Source of the DNA: an uncultured Clostridia bacterium
Lineage (GTDB): Bacteria > Bacillota > Clostridia > Christensenellales > UBA1242
Assembly: GCA_944372675.1 (NCBI GenBank)
Contig: CALVZW010000002.1
Coordinates: 1-46,140 of the forward strand
Direction of reading: 5' to 3'
DNA length: 46,140 nucleotides
Shown here: in pieces, positions 36,817 through 46,140 of the stretch
Position numbering within the stretch: the first letter of the stretch is position 1
Layout of the letters: each line of letters begins with the position of its first letter
Notes under the pieces: model-generated
What the model saw: the letters and a program-made list of their open reading frames with translations, nothing else
Database searches by the model: none
Told to the model about the DNA's origin: nothing
Program-made: the position numbers and the translations under genes

Positions 36817-37347
36817 CTACAACTTTCTTATTTGTTCGTAAGACAATTCCGCTTCAACTTCACGACCCAAAAATGATATTTTAAGTTTGCATTTTTTATT
36901 TTCAGCATCTACACTTTGTACGATGCCTGCATTGCCTACAAATGGACCTTCAATTATTTCAACATTGTCGCCTTCTTTTAGTTCAAAATCAACAACAATT
37001 CTTTCCAAATGCAAACGACGAATTTCATCTTCAGTCATAGGTAATGGTCTTCCTTTTGGCCCTACAAACCCTGTTACACCTCTTGTGCTAGTTATTGTAT
37101 GCCATAAGTCATCACCATATAACATTTTAATTAATATATAAGATGGCATCATCTTTTTTTGAACAACTTTTCGCTTACCATTTTTTTCTTCAACGACATC
37201 TTCCATAGGTACAACTATTTCAAATATTCTGTTTTGAAGATTACCATTTTCAACAACTTGTTCAAGGTTTTGTTTAGCAAGCATTTCGTAGCCTGTAAAA
37301 GTATGTAAAACATACCATTTTGGCTCTGTTTCCATTACATTATTCAT
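36817..37347 (-). CDS. nusG: Transcription termination/antitermination factor NusG.
   Basis: KWYVLHTFTGYE in the NGN domain and the KOW motif GDNVEIIEGPFVGNAGIVQSVD. Conserved secE-nusG-rplK order. Confidence 0.95.
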   Translation of the reverse strand: MNNVMETEPKWYVLHTFTGYEMLAKQNLEQVVENGNLQNRIFEIVVPMEDVVEEKNGKRKVVQKKMMPSYILIKMLYGDDLWHTITSTRGVTGFVGPKGRPLPMTEDEIRRLHLERIVVDFELKEGDNVEIIEGPFVGNAGIVQSVDAENKKCKLKISFLGREVEAELSYEQIRKL

Positions 37348-37360
37348 AAAAACCTCTCAA

Positions 37361-37588
37361 TTATAGCCCACTTGTTATAAGTTTATATAACCAACTTAAA
37401 CCATAGTCAAAAGCGACTACTACAACTCCAAAGAATAATACTACTGCAATTACTGCAAAAGTTTTCTTTGTAGTTTGTCCAAATGTTGGCCAAGTAACCT
37501 TTTTAAGTTCCGCAAATGATTCTTTTATTTTGCGAAATAAGCCACCTTTCTTCTTTTCCTTAACTTTAACTTGTTGGTCTTTAGCCAT
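37361..37588 (-). CDS. secE: Preprotein translocase subunit SecE.
   Basis: 75 aa with a basic N-terminus, ELKKVTWPT and then a single TM helix. Located between rpmG and nusG. Confidence 0.88.
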   Translation of the reverse strand: MAKDQQVKVKEKKKGGLFRKIKESFAELKKVTWPTFGQTTKKTFAVIAVVLFFGVVVVAFDYGLSWLYKLITSGL

Positions 37589-37616
37589 AATTCCTCCAAA
37601 TACCTATCTTATTAAA

Positions 37617-37766
37617 CTACTTTGTTTCTTTGTGAAGAGTTGTTTTGTTACAGAATTTGCAAAATTTTTGCATTTCAATTCTATCTGGATCATTCTTCTT
37701 ATTTTTAAAAGTGTTGTAGTTTCTTTGCTTGCATTCACTACAAGCAAGGGTTATCTTAACTCGCAT
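37617..37766 (-). CDS. rpmG: 50S ribosomal protein L33, zinc-ribbon (C+) form.
   Basis: [49 protein letters not shown], 49 aa. I place the start at M28 of the track ORF, with a GGAG RBS 8 nt upstream. The longer track ORF runs into the promoter. Confidence 0.93.
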   Translation of the reverse strand: MRVKITLACSECKQRNYNTFKNKKNDPDRIEMQKFCKFCNKTTLHKETK

Positions 37767-37818
37767 TTTTCTGCTCCATTCAAAAAAAATTAATACCGCT
37801 AAAATTCGGCATCGCATT

Positions 37819-37847
37819 ATAATACCATATTTTAAAAATATTGTCAA
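37819..37847 (-). promoter_or_regulatory. Promoter of the rpmG-secE-nusG-rplK-rplA cluster.
   Basis: On the minus strand: TTGACA (37847-37842), a 17-nt spacer ending in TGG (extended -10), then TATTAT (37824-37819). Confidence 0.6.
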
Positions 37848-38105
37848 TAACTTTTGACAACATTTTGATTTTTTTTAGAAAATATTTGATTTTTTTTTGT
37901 AAAACAACTAATTTATTTTTAAAATTAAATAAATATAGTTTAATCTTTTACTAGTATTATGATAATTACTAATTTTGCTATTACAATTAACTAAAATTCT
38001 TACCTTTTTTCTTAAATATTAAAATACTTTTTACTAAATATTAAAATACTTTTTTAAATAATTTATTTTATTACATTTATTAAATCAATAACTATATTTT
38101 AATTA

Positions 38106-38891
38106 TTAGCCGTAAATTTTACCAACAATCCATAATATAAGTTTTTGTGGTAAAATTTTATTTAAAAAGGCAAAAATTTTATATTTGCCACCAACAATTG
38201 TTCTTGCTGGTACTTTCTTTTTGCTAATAACTTTACGAACCGTGTTTGCTATTTTGTTTGGCGACATACCATTAATTTCGTCTTTTTCCATTCTTTTCAA
38301 AGACTTTACATCTCTTTGATTGTAAGTTTCATCCCCTACATAATTTTGTCTACTTTGCGTAAAACTTGTTTTTGTATCACCGGGAAGTATGCATCCAACT
38401 TGAATGTTAAATGGTGCTAACTCAATTCTCCAAGCATTTGCCATAGTTTCTAAAGCACTTTTCGATGCAGAATAAAATGCTTGAAATGGTAAAGGAAAAA
38501 TTGAACCTACACTACTCATAAATAATATTTTGCCAAATTTTTGTTGCTTAAACTTTGGTATAAATGCTTTTGCTAAATTAAATGCACCAAAAAAGTTAAC
38601 ATCAAATAAATTTTTGGCTACATCTAATTGTGTATTCTCTAAAGGTCCACCAATTCCTTTGCCTGCATTACACAAAACTACATCTACAAATAATTCCTTT
38701 TTGTTTATAATATCAAAAGCATTTTTAACATCTTCTTCATTTGTAACATCACATTTAATAAATTCATATTCATAATTTTCTGGTTGATTATGTGATAAAC
38801 AATAAACTTTGTACCCTTCCTTTGAAAACATATTTGCACACGCAAGACCAATACCTTTAGTTGCCCCACTAATTACTGCCACTTTTGCCAT
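38106..38891 (-). CDS. Short-chain dehydrogenase/reductase (SDR) family oxidoreductase.
   Basis: ISGATKGIGLA (the TGxxxGxG cofactor motif), NAG, and the catalytic YSASKSAL (YxxxK). Confidence 0.88.
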   Translation of the reverse strand: MAKVAVISGATKGIGLACANMFSKEGYKVYCLSHNQPENYEYEFIKCDVTNEEDVKNAFDIINKKELFVDVVLCNAGKGIGGPLENTQLDVAKNLFDVNFFGAFNLAKAFIPKFKQQKFGKILFMSSVGSIFPLPFQAFYSASKSALETMANAWRIELAPFNIQVGCILPGDTKTSFTQSRQNYVGDETYNQRDVKSLKRMEKDEINGMSPNKIANTVRKVISKKKVPARTIVGGKYKIFAFLNKILPQKLILWIVGKIYG

Positions 38892-39090
38892 AACTCACCT
38901 TGTCCCTTATTTATAATTATATCACATTTTTTTGCTCAAAACAACAAAATAAGACTGCAAACAAACTTGTTTACAGCCTTACTTTTAACTTTTATTAATG
39001 AAACATAATAATGTTTTAATACAGTTTCATTGTTTTTTTATTTTTTTATTATATTGTCATAACAATTCATAATTTTCATTAACCATCAAA

Positions 39091-41853
39091 TTAAAATTTC
39101 TTTAATTTTTCAAGATAAATAAATTTTTGTTCTTCAAGTTCGCCAATTCTCATTTCAAGTTTTCTATTCTTTTGTCGAAGTTCTTTAGGCGGAGTAATTG
39201 GTTTAATAAGCCATAAGAAACCAAATTCAACAACACAAAGAATAAATAACATACTTTGAAAATCAATGTCAACATGCCCAAAGAATGACTGTGGTATTAC
39301 AAGTAGCGCAGTTACACATAAAACAAACACTACACCAATTAATGTTAATCGGTAAGAATCAAGCGGTCTACATACTCTTATTAAAAGTACTAAGCCTGTA
39401 AATGTGATTGCGATACTAGCCATTGTTTCGTAGTGAGTTCCATCACTATATGTTGTATCAAATATATAACAAAATACAAAGTTAAGTAACAGTAAAATTG
39501 CCCCTGGTATTGATTTAGTTATTAAGTTGACTAAGAAATTACCTCGTATTGGGTCTTTATTTGGCTGAAGTGCCAAGAAGAATGACGGAATACCTATTGC
39601 AAACATTTCAAGCAAAATTATTGAGTTTGGCGTAAATGGATAACTTATTGCTAGTGCTAGACATAATATTGATAAGAATATTGTGAAAAATGTTTTCATT
39701 AAGAACAAACTACTTGATTTCGTTATGTTATTGACAACGCGTCTACCTTCGGCAACAATATCAGGCATTGATGAAAAATTACTATCAAGTAGCACAAGAC
39801 TACTTACATTTCGTGTCGCATCACTTCCGCTAGCCATTGCAATTGAACAATCGGCTTCTTTAAGTGCGAGAATATCATTAACACCATCACCCGTCATACC
39901 AACTTTATGCCCTTTTTGCTTTAAGGCTTTGACAAGTATACTTTTTTGTTCAGGAGTTACTCTACCAAAAACAGTATATTTATCCGCTGCTTCAACAACT
40001 TGTTGGTCAGATAAGCCATAAAGATTGATATATTTACTAGCATTAGGCACACCAACTCGCTTAGCAATTTCGCTAACTGTAATAGGATTATCGCCTGAAA
40101 TAATTTTTAAATCAACATCATTATCTTGGAACCAACGCAAAGTTTCTGGTGCGTTTTCTCTAATTCTATCTTCAATAGCAATTAAAGCAAGCGGTTTAGC
40201 ACCTGCTGGTATGTTTTCGTCAACTATTTTACCTTTGGCTTTTGCTAGTAAAATTACGCGTTTACCTTGTTTTGCATAATCTCTTACTTTATCTTCAATT
40301 TCCTTTGAAACTTCTTCAAGTACAAATTCCGATGCACCTAAAATGTAAGTATATCCGTTTGAAAATGATACGGCTGACAATTTTCTTGCACTAGAAAATG
40401 GCATTTTTTCAACTACTTTATATGAATCATTTTTACCAAAATATTCTAACATTGCTCGCGAAGTTGCATTATCTTGCCCTAGTTCGTGCATCAATGAACC
40501 CATTATCTTAGATAAATCGGTATTTGAAATTGTTTTACTTATTGGCTCAACTTCCGTTACTACCATTGTTCCATCGGTAATTGTACCGGTTTTGTCAAGA
40601 CAAAGCACATTTACTCTTGAAAGCATTTCAATGCCGTACAAATCTTGAACCAATGTTCTTTTAGTTGCTAATTTTACTACCCCTACAGCAAGTGCAACAC
40701 TTGTGAGCAAGAACATACCAGCTGGTATCATACCAATTATTGAGCCTGCAGTTTTTTTGATGGTTTCCATACTTTCACCACCAACTTGCATATAGTTGTT
40801 GTAAAGCATAAGTATGCCAAGTGGTATAATTATAACTCCAATTACTGAAATTATAACTCTCATACTTTTCATTAAATCAGATTTAGGACGCACATATTCT
40901 TTTGCTTTAGCAGATAGTTGTGCTGAATAACTAGCATCTCCTACCGAATCGGCACGAGCAGTACATTCGCCACTAACAATGTAACTACCACTAAGCAATC
41001 TATCGCCCGCTTTTTTCTTTATTGAATTGCTTTCCCCTGTAAGCAAACTTTCATTTACTTCAACTTCACCAGAAACAACTATACAATCAGCACTAATTTG
41101 TTTGCCTAATGAAAATAATATAATATCATCAAGCACTATTTCACGCACAGGTACTTCATACCGCTTACCATCTCTTATAACTAAAGCCGTTGGAGTGGTA
41201 ACCAGCGAAATTTTTTCCATTGTCTTTTTTGCTCTAATTTCTTGAATAATACCTATCAATGTATTAGCAATAATAATTACCATAAAAAGCAAATTGTTAA
41301 ATGCTCCTACAACTATTAGTGAAACTGCTACTACTAAACACAATAAGTTAAAGAATGTACAAATATTTTTAAGAAAAATTTGCAAATAAGTCTTTTTGTT
41401 TTTATCACGAACAAGATTTACATAGCCATTATCTATTCTTTCCTGCACTTGTTCAATCGTCAAGCCCTTATCTGCTTTTGGCTTATACCTTTTTGCATTG
41501 TCAAAACTAAAAGATTTTTTGCGTTTTAATTTATTAACCTGTCTTTCAGTTTTTCTTGTAAAGAAAGATTGCATTGAAACACCGTTTTGTTCGTCTTCAC
41601 CACTAGAATTTTCTTCACCGTGATTTTCAACAATGTTTTCATTTTCTTTTTGTTGCTGTTCAACACTTTCTTTTTTATCTTTAGTTTTGCTCTTTTTAGT
41701 TTTACTTTTTATTTTATTTTCCGTTGTTTTATTATTGTCTAATTCAACAACTTTTTCAAGTTTTTCATCTTTTTCGTTAGCAAACTCTTTTTCATCAATT
41801 TTTATTTCTTTTGATGAAGTATCTTTCTTTTTTTTGCTAGTTTTGTTATCCAT
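39091..41853 (-). CDS. Cation-transporting P-type ATPase with a Lys/Glu-rich N-terminal extension of about 125 aa.
   Basis: TGES actuator motif (LLTGESNSI), the phosphorylation site CLDKTGTITDG, the hinge MTGDGVNDILALKEAD, and multiple TM helices. The TM4 motif is IPAGM rather than PEGL. Ion specificity cannot be assigned from the sequence. Confidence 0.92.
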   Translation of the reverse strand: MDNKTSKKKKDTSSKEIKIDEKEFANEKDEKLEKVVELDNNKTTENKIKSKTKKSKTKDKKESVEQQQKENENIVENHGEENSSGEDEQNGVSMQSFFTRKTERQVNKLKRKKSFSFDNAKRYKPKADKGLTIEQVQERIDNGYVNLVRDKNKKTYLQIFLKNICTFFNLLCLVVAVSLIVVGAFNNLLFMVIIIANTLIGIIQEIRAKKTMEKISLVTTPTALVIRDGKRYEVPVREIVLDDIILFSLGKQISADCIVVSGEVEVNESLLTGESNSIKKKAGDRLLSGSYIVSGECTARADSVGDASYSAQLSAKAKEYVRPKSDLMKSMRVIISVIGVIIIPLGILMLYNNYMQVGGESMETIKKTAGSIIGMIPAGMFLLTSVALAVGVVKLATKRTLVQDLYGIEMLSRVNVLCLDKTGTITDGTMVVTEVEPISKTISNTDLSKIMGSLMHELGQDNATSRAMLEYFGKNDSYKVVEKMPFSSARKLSAVSFSNGYTYILGASEFVLEEVSKEIEDKVRDYAKQGKRVILLAKAKGKIVDENIPAGAKPLALIAIEDRIRENAPETLRWFQDNDVDLKIISGDNPITVSEIAKRVGVPNASKYINLYGLSDQQVVEAADKYTVFGRVTPEQKSILVKALKQKGHKVGMTGDGVNDILALKEADCSIAMASGSDATRNVSSLVLLDSNFSSMPDIVAEGRRVVNNITKSSSLFLMKTFFTIFLSILCLALAISYPFTPNSIILLEMFAIGIPSFFLALQPNKDPIRGNFLVNLITKSIPGAILLLLNFVFCYIFDTTYSDGTHYETMASIAITFTGLVLLIRVCRPLDSYRLTLIGVVFVLCVTALLVIPQSFFGHVDIDFQSMLFILCVVEFGFLWLIKPITPPKELRQKNRKLEMRIGELEEQKFIYLEKLKKF

Positions 41854-42016
41854 TATATCCCCTATTATTAATTTATCTTTTTTGCTAAAATTTTAAAAAG
41901 GTCAATTTACAAAAATAAAATACAATGTTAATTTATTTAATTTTTTTCTGGACATTGTATTTTATTTGATTTTGTTAAGTTTCTTGTAAACAAATAATTA
42001 AGTTAATTAAGTTAAA

Positions 42017-43753
42017 TTATTCAAAATCTTCAACTAATTCATAATTTTTGTTTGCAACTTGTTCATCTAATGCTCTAATAAATTTTTCCATAGGAATGTT
42101 ATTAACTTGTTTACCGCCACGAATTTTTAATGAAATACTGTGGTTAGCAATTTCTTCATTACCAATAATTACAGTGTATGGTATTTTCATTTTTCTAAAG
42201 TTATTTACTTTACCACCCATTCCGCCTTCACTTAAATCTAATTCAACGCGAATTTTATGTTTTTTAAGTTCTTCAGCAACTTCTTTTGCGTAATCATATT
42301 GTTCTTCGCTAACTGGCACAATACCTACTTGCGTTGGACTTATCCATAATGGGAATTCACCTTTTGTATGCTCAATAAGTAAACCAATAAATCTTTCAAT
42401 AGAACCATAAATTACTCTATGCACTACAACTGGAGTTTGTCTTGAACCATCTTTATCGGTGTAATACAAGTCAAAGTTTCTTGGTAATTGGAAATCAAGT
42501 TGAATTGTCCCCATTTGCCATTCTCTGCCTAATGCGTCTTTCATAAGCAAATCAATTTTTGGCCCATAAAATGCACCATCCCCCTCGTTGATTTCATATC
42601 CGCCTACACCATATCTTTTATCGAGAACCTCACCTAATTTTTTCTCCGCTTCGTTCCATAATTCAATATCGCCCATAAAATCATCTGGCCTTGTAGATAA
42701 TACACAACGATATGATAAATTAAATATATCATAGAACTTATCAGCAATTTCCAAAATACTTGCAATTTCGCTTTCAATTTGGTCAGGTCTAATAAAGTTA
42801 TGCGAATCATCTTGTCTAAACATTTGCACTCTTAACAAACCGTGCAATGTTCCTGAACCTTCTTTACGATGCAATACATCGCAATCGGAGTAACGAAGTG
42901 GTAAATCTCTGTAACTATGCACCTTTCTTTTATAAACTACCATTGCGTTAGGACAATTCATTGGTTTAACAGCAAAGTCTTCATCTTCAATTGAAAACAT
43001 ATTTTCTCTGTAGTGTGCCCAGTGCCCACTTGTAATCCAAAGTTGCTTTGCATTAATAAGCGGTGAACTAATTTCTTGATAGCCTCTTGCTTCGTGTTCT
43101 TCACGCCAAAAATCAATTAATGTGTTAAACAACTTTAAGCCTTTTGGCAACCAATAAGGCATACCAGGAGCAGTGTCAACAATCATAAACAAATCTAATG
43201 CAGGACCAAGTTTTCTGTGGTCTCTTGCCTTTGCTTCTTCAATGAATTTTAAGTGTTCTTTTAATTCTTCCTTTGTTGCAAATGCAAAAGCATAAATTCT
43301 TTGTAGCATCTTATTTTTCTCATCGCCACGCCAATATGCAGTTGACGATTTATCCAATTTAAAAGCAACATTACGCAATTTTTTAAAATCTTCTACATGT
43401 GGACCACGGCATAAATCAATAAAATCACCACAACGATATGCAGAAATTTCTTCCCCTTCAGGCAATTCCTTTATGAGTTCAACTTTGTAAGGTTGGTCTT
43501 TAAACATTTTTAATGCTTCATCACGAGTTAAAACAAGTCTTTCAAAAACGCAATCTTTTTTAAGCAACTCTCTCATTTTATCTTCAATTTTTTGTAAATC
43601 TTCTGGCTCAAAAGGATTTTCAACATCAAAATCATAGTAAAACCCTTTATCTATTGCTGGGCCTATACCAAACTTAACATCCTTATATAATTCTTGAACA
43701 GCATATGCCATTAAATGAGCCATTGAGTGTCTAATAACTTCTATATCTTCCAT
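42017..43753 (-). CDS. thrS: Threonine--tRNA ligase, a short form lacking the N-terminal TGS domain.
   Basis: It begins directly at the editing/SAD region (IRHSMAHLMAYAV). The class II core (RDHRKLG, FRQDDSH, GTIQLDFQLP) and the anticodon-binding domain are present. It is 578 aa, whereas I recall about 640 aa as typical. Confidence 0.94.
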   Translation of the reverse strand: MEDIEVIRHSMAHLMAYAVQELYKDVKFGIGPAIDKGFYYDFDVENPFEPEDLQKIEDKMRELLKKDCVFERLVLTRDEALKMFKDQPYKVELIKELPEGEEISAYRCGDFIDLCRGPHVEDFKKLRNVAFKLDKSSTAYWRGDEKNKMLQRIYAFAFATKEELKEHLKFIEEAKARDHRKLGPALDLFMIVDTAPGMPYWLPKGLKLFNTLIDFWREEHEARGYQEISSPLINAKQLWITSGHWAHYRENMFSIEDEDFAVKPMNCPNAMVVYKRKVHSYRDLPLRYSDCDVLHRKEGSGTLHGLLRVQMFRQDDSHNFIRPDQIESEIASILEIADKFYDIFNLSYRCVLSTRPDDFMGDIELWNEAEKKLGEVLDKRYGVGGYEINEGDGAFYGPKIDLLMKDALGREWQMGTIQLDFQLPRNFDLYYTDKDGSRQTPVVVHRVIYGSIERFIGLLIEHTKGEFPLWISPTQVGIVPVSEEQYDYAKEVAEELKKHKIRVELDLSEGGMGGKVNNFRKMKIPYTVIIGNEEIANHSISLKIRGGKQVNNIPMEKFIRALDEQVANKNYELVEDFE

Positions 43754-43776
43754 CTTTTCCTCTCTTAAACTTAGAT

Positions 43777-43805
43777 ATTATATCACAAAGATATTTAATT
43801 AGCAA
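43777..43805 (-). promoter_or_regulatory. Candidate promoter of thrS.
   Basis: On the minus strand: TTGCTA (43805-43800), a 17-nt spacer ending in TGA (extended -10), then TATAAT (43782-43777). The leader is only about 20 nt, with the RBS AGAGAGGA. Confidence 0.55.
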
Positions 43806-43831
43806 TTAAATGCAATTATGATTGTAAATTT

Positions 43832-44485
43832 TTAATTTTTACTACTTATTTTATCATCTTTTTTCTTAACTTCATTTGTTTTTTTCTTTGTTTCATTTGC
43901 TTTTTTATCTATCTCACCTGTTTTTTTATTTGCATCATTTGACTTTTTATTACTTTTTTTATCTAAATCGCTTAATGAAGCCATTATTGCAATGTATTTT
44001 TGAGTATGCAACTTGTACGCAATGGCTTTAGCACAATAAATTAAACAATGGTTGTTATCAATGTTTGTTTGTGATTGAACTAAATTAAATTCACAACAAT
44101 TTTTAAAAGCAATTTCAAGTTCATTGCAAAAAAGGTTGTATGCATCCAATTCGTTAGATATCTTTATTTGCTCTTTAACTAAAACTTTAATTTCGTTCAT
44201 ACTTAAAATTTGCTTTAAAAAACATAGTGCAATCATATAACATAAATGTTTTCTTGTATACCTTTTGCCCTTAGGCGACGGTATGAGCCCAAACTTGACA
44301 TAATTATTTACCATTGACGGTGTGATAACATTTTCATTATTGGATATAATAAAAAGTTGCTTGTTAATTAATGCAAGTACTTGATCCATATATAATTCAA
44401 TATCAGGTAAGTCTTCATACCTAGGAATGTGAAAATTACTCAATTCTTCTTCAAATTTTTTCATTTCAATATTAATATTTTCCAT
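43832..44485 (-). CDS. Protein resembling the DUF1836 family, with a Lys-rich C-terminal tail.
   Basis: YMDQVLALINKQL...ITPSMVNNYVKFGLIPSPKGKRYTRKHLCYMIALCFLKQILSMNEIK matches my recollection of the DUF1836 core. The tail is KKSNKKSNDANKKTGEIDKKANETKKKTNEVKKKDDK. Confidence 0.55.
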   Translation of the reverse strand: MENINIEMKKFEEELSNFHIPRYEDLPDIELYMDQVLALINKQLFIISNNENVITPSMVNNYVKFGLIPSPKGKRYTRKHLCYMIALCFLKQILSMNEIKVLVKEQIKISNELDAYNLFCNELEIAFKNCCEFNLVQSQTNIDNNHCLIYCAKAIAYKLHTQKYIAIMASLSDLDKKSNKKSNDANKKTGEIDKKANETKKKTNEVKKKDDKISSKN

Positions 44486-44552
44486 TTTTTTATTAACTCC
44501 AAAAACATTTTAACATATTTAACAAATAATAGCAACAAATTAATAAAAATAG

Positions 44553-44581
44553 TTGACATTTTTTTTAAAATCGTATAATAT
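44553..44581 (+). promoter_or_regulatory. Candidate promoter of the SGNH hydrolase and degV genes.
   Basis: TTGACA (44553-44558), then either TATAAT at 15 nt or TAATAT at 17 nt (44576-44581). An RBS (TGGAGGT) precedes the ATG at 44614. Confidence 0.5.
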
Positions 44582-44613
44582 AGTATTAAATACTAGATTA
44601 TGGAGGTTAAGTT

Positions 44614-45375
44614 ATGACAAAACACATTGCATTGTTTGGTGATTCCATTTTAAAAGGCGTTATTTTAGGCGAAGATAAAAGATATCACATTTCAAAAGAA
44701 ATTGATTGGCAAGACATAGAGCAAAAACTTAATATTACAATAGACAACTGCAGTAAAATGGGACTTTGCATAGACGGCGGAAAAGAAAAGTTAATAAAGT
44801 ATCTTGAAACTAACCCACAAATTGATAGCATTGTATTAGAATATGGCGGAAACGATAGCGATTACAAGTGGAACGAAGTATCACAAAACCCAAACGGACA
44901 AAATTTACCAAAAACTGACTTAAATCAATTTGCAAATGACCTTAAAAATATGATAGAATTAATAAGAAGTCATAATATAAAACCAATATTGATGACCCTA
45001 CCCCCAATAATTGCCGAAAGATATTTTGATTTTATAATTAGTCAAGGCAACAATAAAGATAACATTAAAAAGTTTTTAGGTGATGTGCAAATTATTTACC
45101 GAAGACAAGAACTTTATTCTAACGAAATATTAAAGGTTGCAAAACAATTAGATGTTGATGTAGTTGATGTGCGTAGCAAATTTTTACAAGCCTATGATTT
45201 AAATTCTTTATATTGTCAAGACGGTATTCATCCTAACACAAATGGACAACAACTTATTGTATCGGCATTTTTAGATTTTTTTCGCAAAAATGAAATAATG
45301 AAAAATAGGAGTAAATATGAAAGTGCAAATAACTGCGGACAGCACCATAGACTTATCACAACCGCTATTAGATAA
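44614..45375 (+). CDS. SGNH/GDSL-family hydrolase (lipase or esterase).
   Basis: Block I is IALFGDSILKG, blocks II/III are EYGGNDS, and block V is DGIHPN. Confidence 0.85.
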   Translation: MTKHIALFGDSILKGVILGEDKRYHISKEIDWQDIEQKLNITIDNCSKMGLCIDGGKEKLIKYLETNPQIDSIVLEYGGNDSDYKWNEVSQNPNGQNLPKTDLNQFANDLKNMIELIRSHNIKPILMTLPPIIAERYFDFIISQGNNKDNIKKFLGDVQIIYRRQELYSNEILKVAKQLDVDVVDVRSKFLQAYDLNSLYCQDGIHPNTNGQQLIVSAFLDFFRKNEIMKNRSKYESANNCGQHHRLITTAIR

Positions 45376-46140
45376 ATATGACATTAAAACAATAGGACTA
45401 TCAATAAATTTAGGTGAAGAAGAATTTATTGACGGAGAAAACATTACTACAGAAGAAATTTTCAACTATATAAAAACAAAAAATGCCCTACCAAAAACGG
45501 GTGCAGTTAGTGTTGAAAGATACAAAGAATTTTTTAGCAAATTTTCAAATGACGATACTGCAATTATTCACTTTACTATATCTAGCGAAATGAGTTCTTG
45601 TTATAATTTTGCGGTAAATGCAAGCAAAGAATTTAAAAATGTATATGTTATAGATTCAAGATATCTTTCAACAGGAATTGCTCAACTAGCAATTTTCGCA
45701 CGCAATTTAGCAAACACTGGCATACCAGCAAATGAGATTGCAGAAAAAGTACAACAAATGGCGAACGACAACAAAGTTCAATGCTCATTTATTTTGGATA
45801 ATTTAAAATTGCTACACAAAGGCGGTAGATGCTCGGCAGTTCAAAGATTTGGAGCAAATCTTTTACACATTAAGGTTTGTATTGGTGTTCACGATGGCAA
45901 AATGGGTGTTGATAGAAAATACAAAGGCAAGTTTGAAAATACTATAATAGAATATATTGAAGACTGCTTGAAATTATACCCTAATTATGACACTCATTGT
46001 TGCTTTGTTACTTACACCACTGCAAGTTGCGAAGTATTAGATAAAATTAATACACTCTTAAAAAGCAAGACTAATTTTGAAAACATTTACTATACAACCG
46101 CTGGGGCTACTATTGCTAGCCATTGCGGAGAAGAAACAAT
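45317..46140 (+). CDS. DegV-family fatty-acid-binding protein. The C-terminus runs off the right edge of the window.
   Basis: My own translation from the ATG at 45317 (RBS TAGGAG) gives MKVQITADSTIDLSQPLLDKYDIKTIGLSINLGEEEFIDGENITTEEIFNYIK...LPKTGAVSVERYKEFF...YVIDSRYLSTGIAQLAI...LLHKGGRCS, the typical DegV pattern. It overlaps the end of the SGNH ORF by 59 nt in another frame. Confidence 0.88.
   Translation, partial: MKVQITADSTIDLSQPLLDKYDIKTIGLSINLGEEEFIDGENITTEEIFNYIKTKNALPKTGAVSVERYKEFFSKFSNDDTAIIHFTISSEMSSCYNFAVNASKEFKNVYVIDSRYLSTGIAQLAIFARNLANTGIPANEIAEKVQQMANDNKVQCSFILDNLKLLHKGGRCSAVQRFGANLLHIKVCIGVHDGKMGVDRKYKGKFENTIIEYIEDCLKLYPNYDTHCCFVTYTTASCEVLDKINTLLKSKTNFENIYYTTAGATIASHCGEET

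Noticed and set aside
38014-38053. A tandem direct repeat, AAATATTAAAATACTTTTT, present in two copies with a 21-nt period, downstream of the SDR gene.
   Set aside because: The repeat is real, but it is short and lies in AT-rich intergenic DNA. It is most simply explained as a slippage duplication, and no associated feature is evident.
45271-45465. The 64-aa minus-strand ORF spanning the SGNH/degV junction.
   Set aside because: It is antisense to two well-supported genes, and it has no RBS and no recognisable motif.

Overview
A 46 kb chromosomal segment from a very AT-rich bacterium that looks like a Firmicute (Bacillota). The standard genetic code is in use: Trp is TGG, long ORFs are intact, and most stops are TAA.

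Most of the window is housekeeping. It holds the str operon (rpsL-rpsG-fusA-tuf), the rpmG-secE-nusG-rplK-rplA cluster, trpS, thrS, acpP, a SpoIIID-type regulator, an ABC-F ATPase, a P-type ATPase, an SDR, an SGNH hydrolase and a DegV protein.

Three things stand out:
1. A 2.45 kb stretch with no ORFs (2554-5007) lies downstream of tuf. Its right 1.2-1.4 kb is a dense tandem array of about 40 short stem-loops with co-varying stems. The array contains a 179-nt internal duplication and ends at a strong minus-strand intrinsic terminator. I read it as a candidate large hairpin-array ncRNA or tuf 3' tail, and I cannot assign it to any RNA family I know.
2. A 14.3 kb gene encodes a 4757-aa lipoprotein made of Ig-like domains followed by six repeated GLUG-type beta-helix modules.
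3. An operon encodes a BspA-type LRR protein with no signal peptide and an unknown C-terminal domain, coupled to a small coiled-coil protein.

Smaller observations:
- A GlmU acetyltransferase-only gene is translationally coupled to a GalU-like nucleotidyltransferase.
- Several near-consensus sigma-A promoters force me to move start codons; one of them implies a leaderless mRNA.
- thrS lacks both the TGS domain and a T-box leader.

All calls come from reading the sequence and translations by eye. No searches were run.
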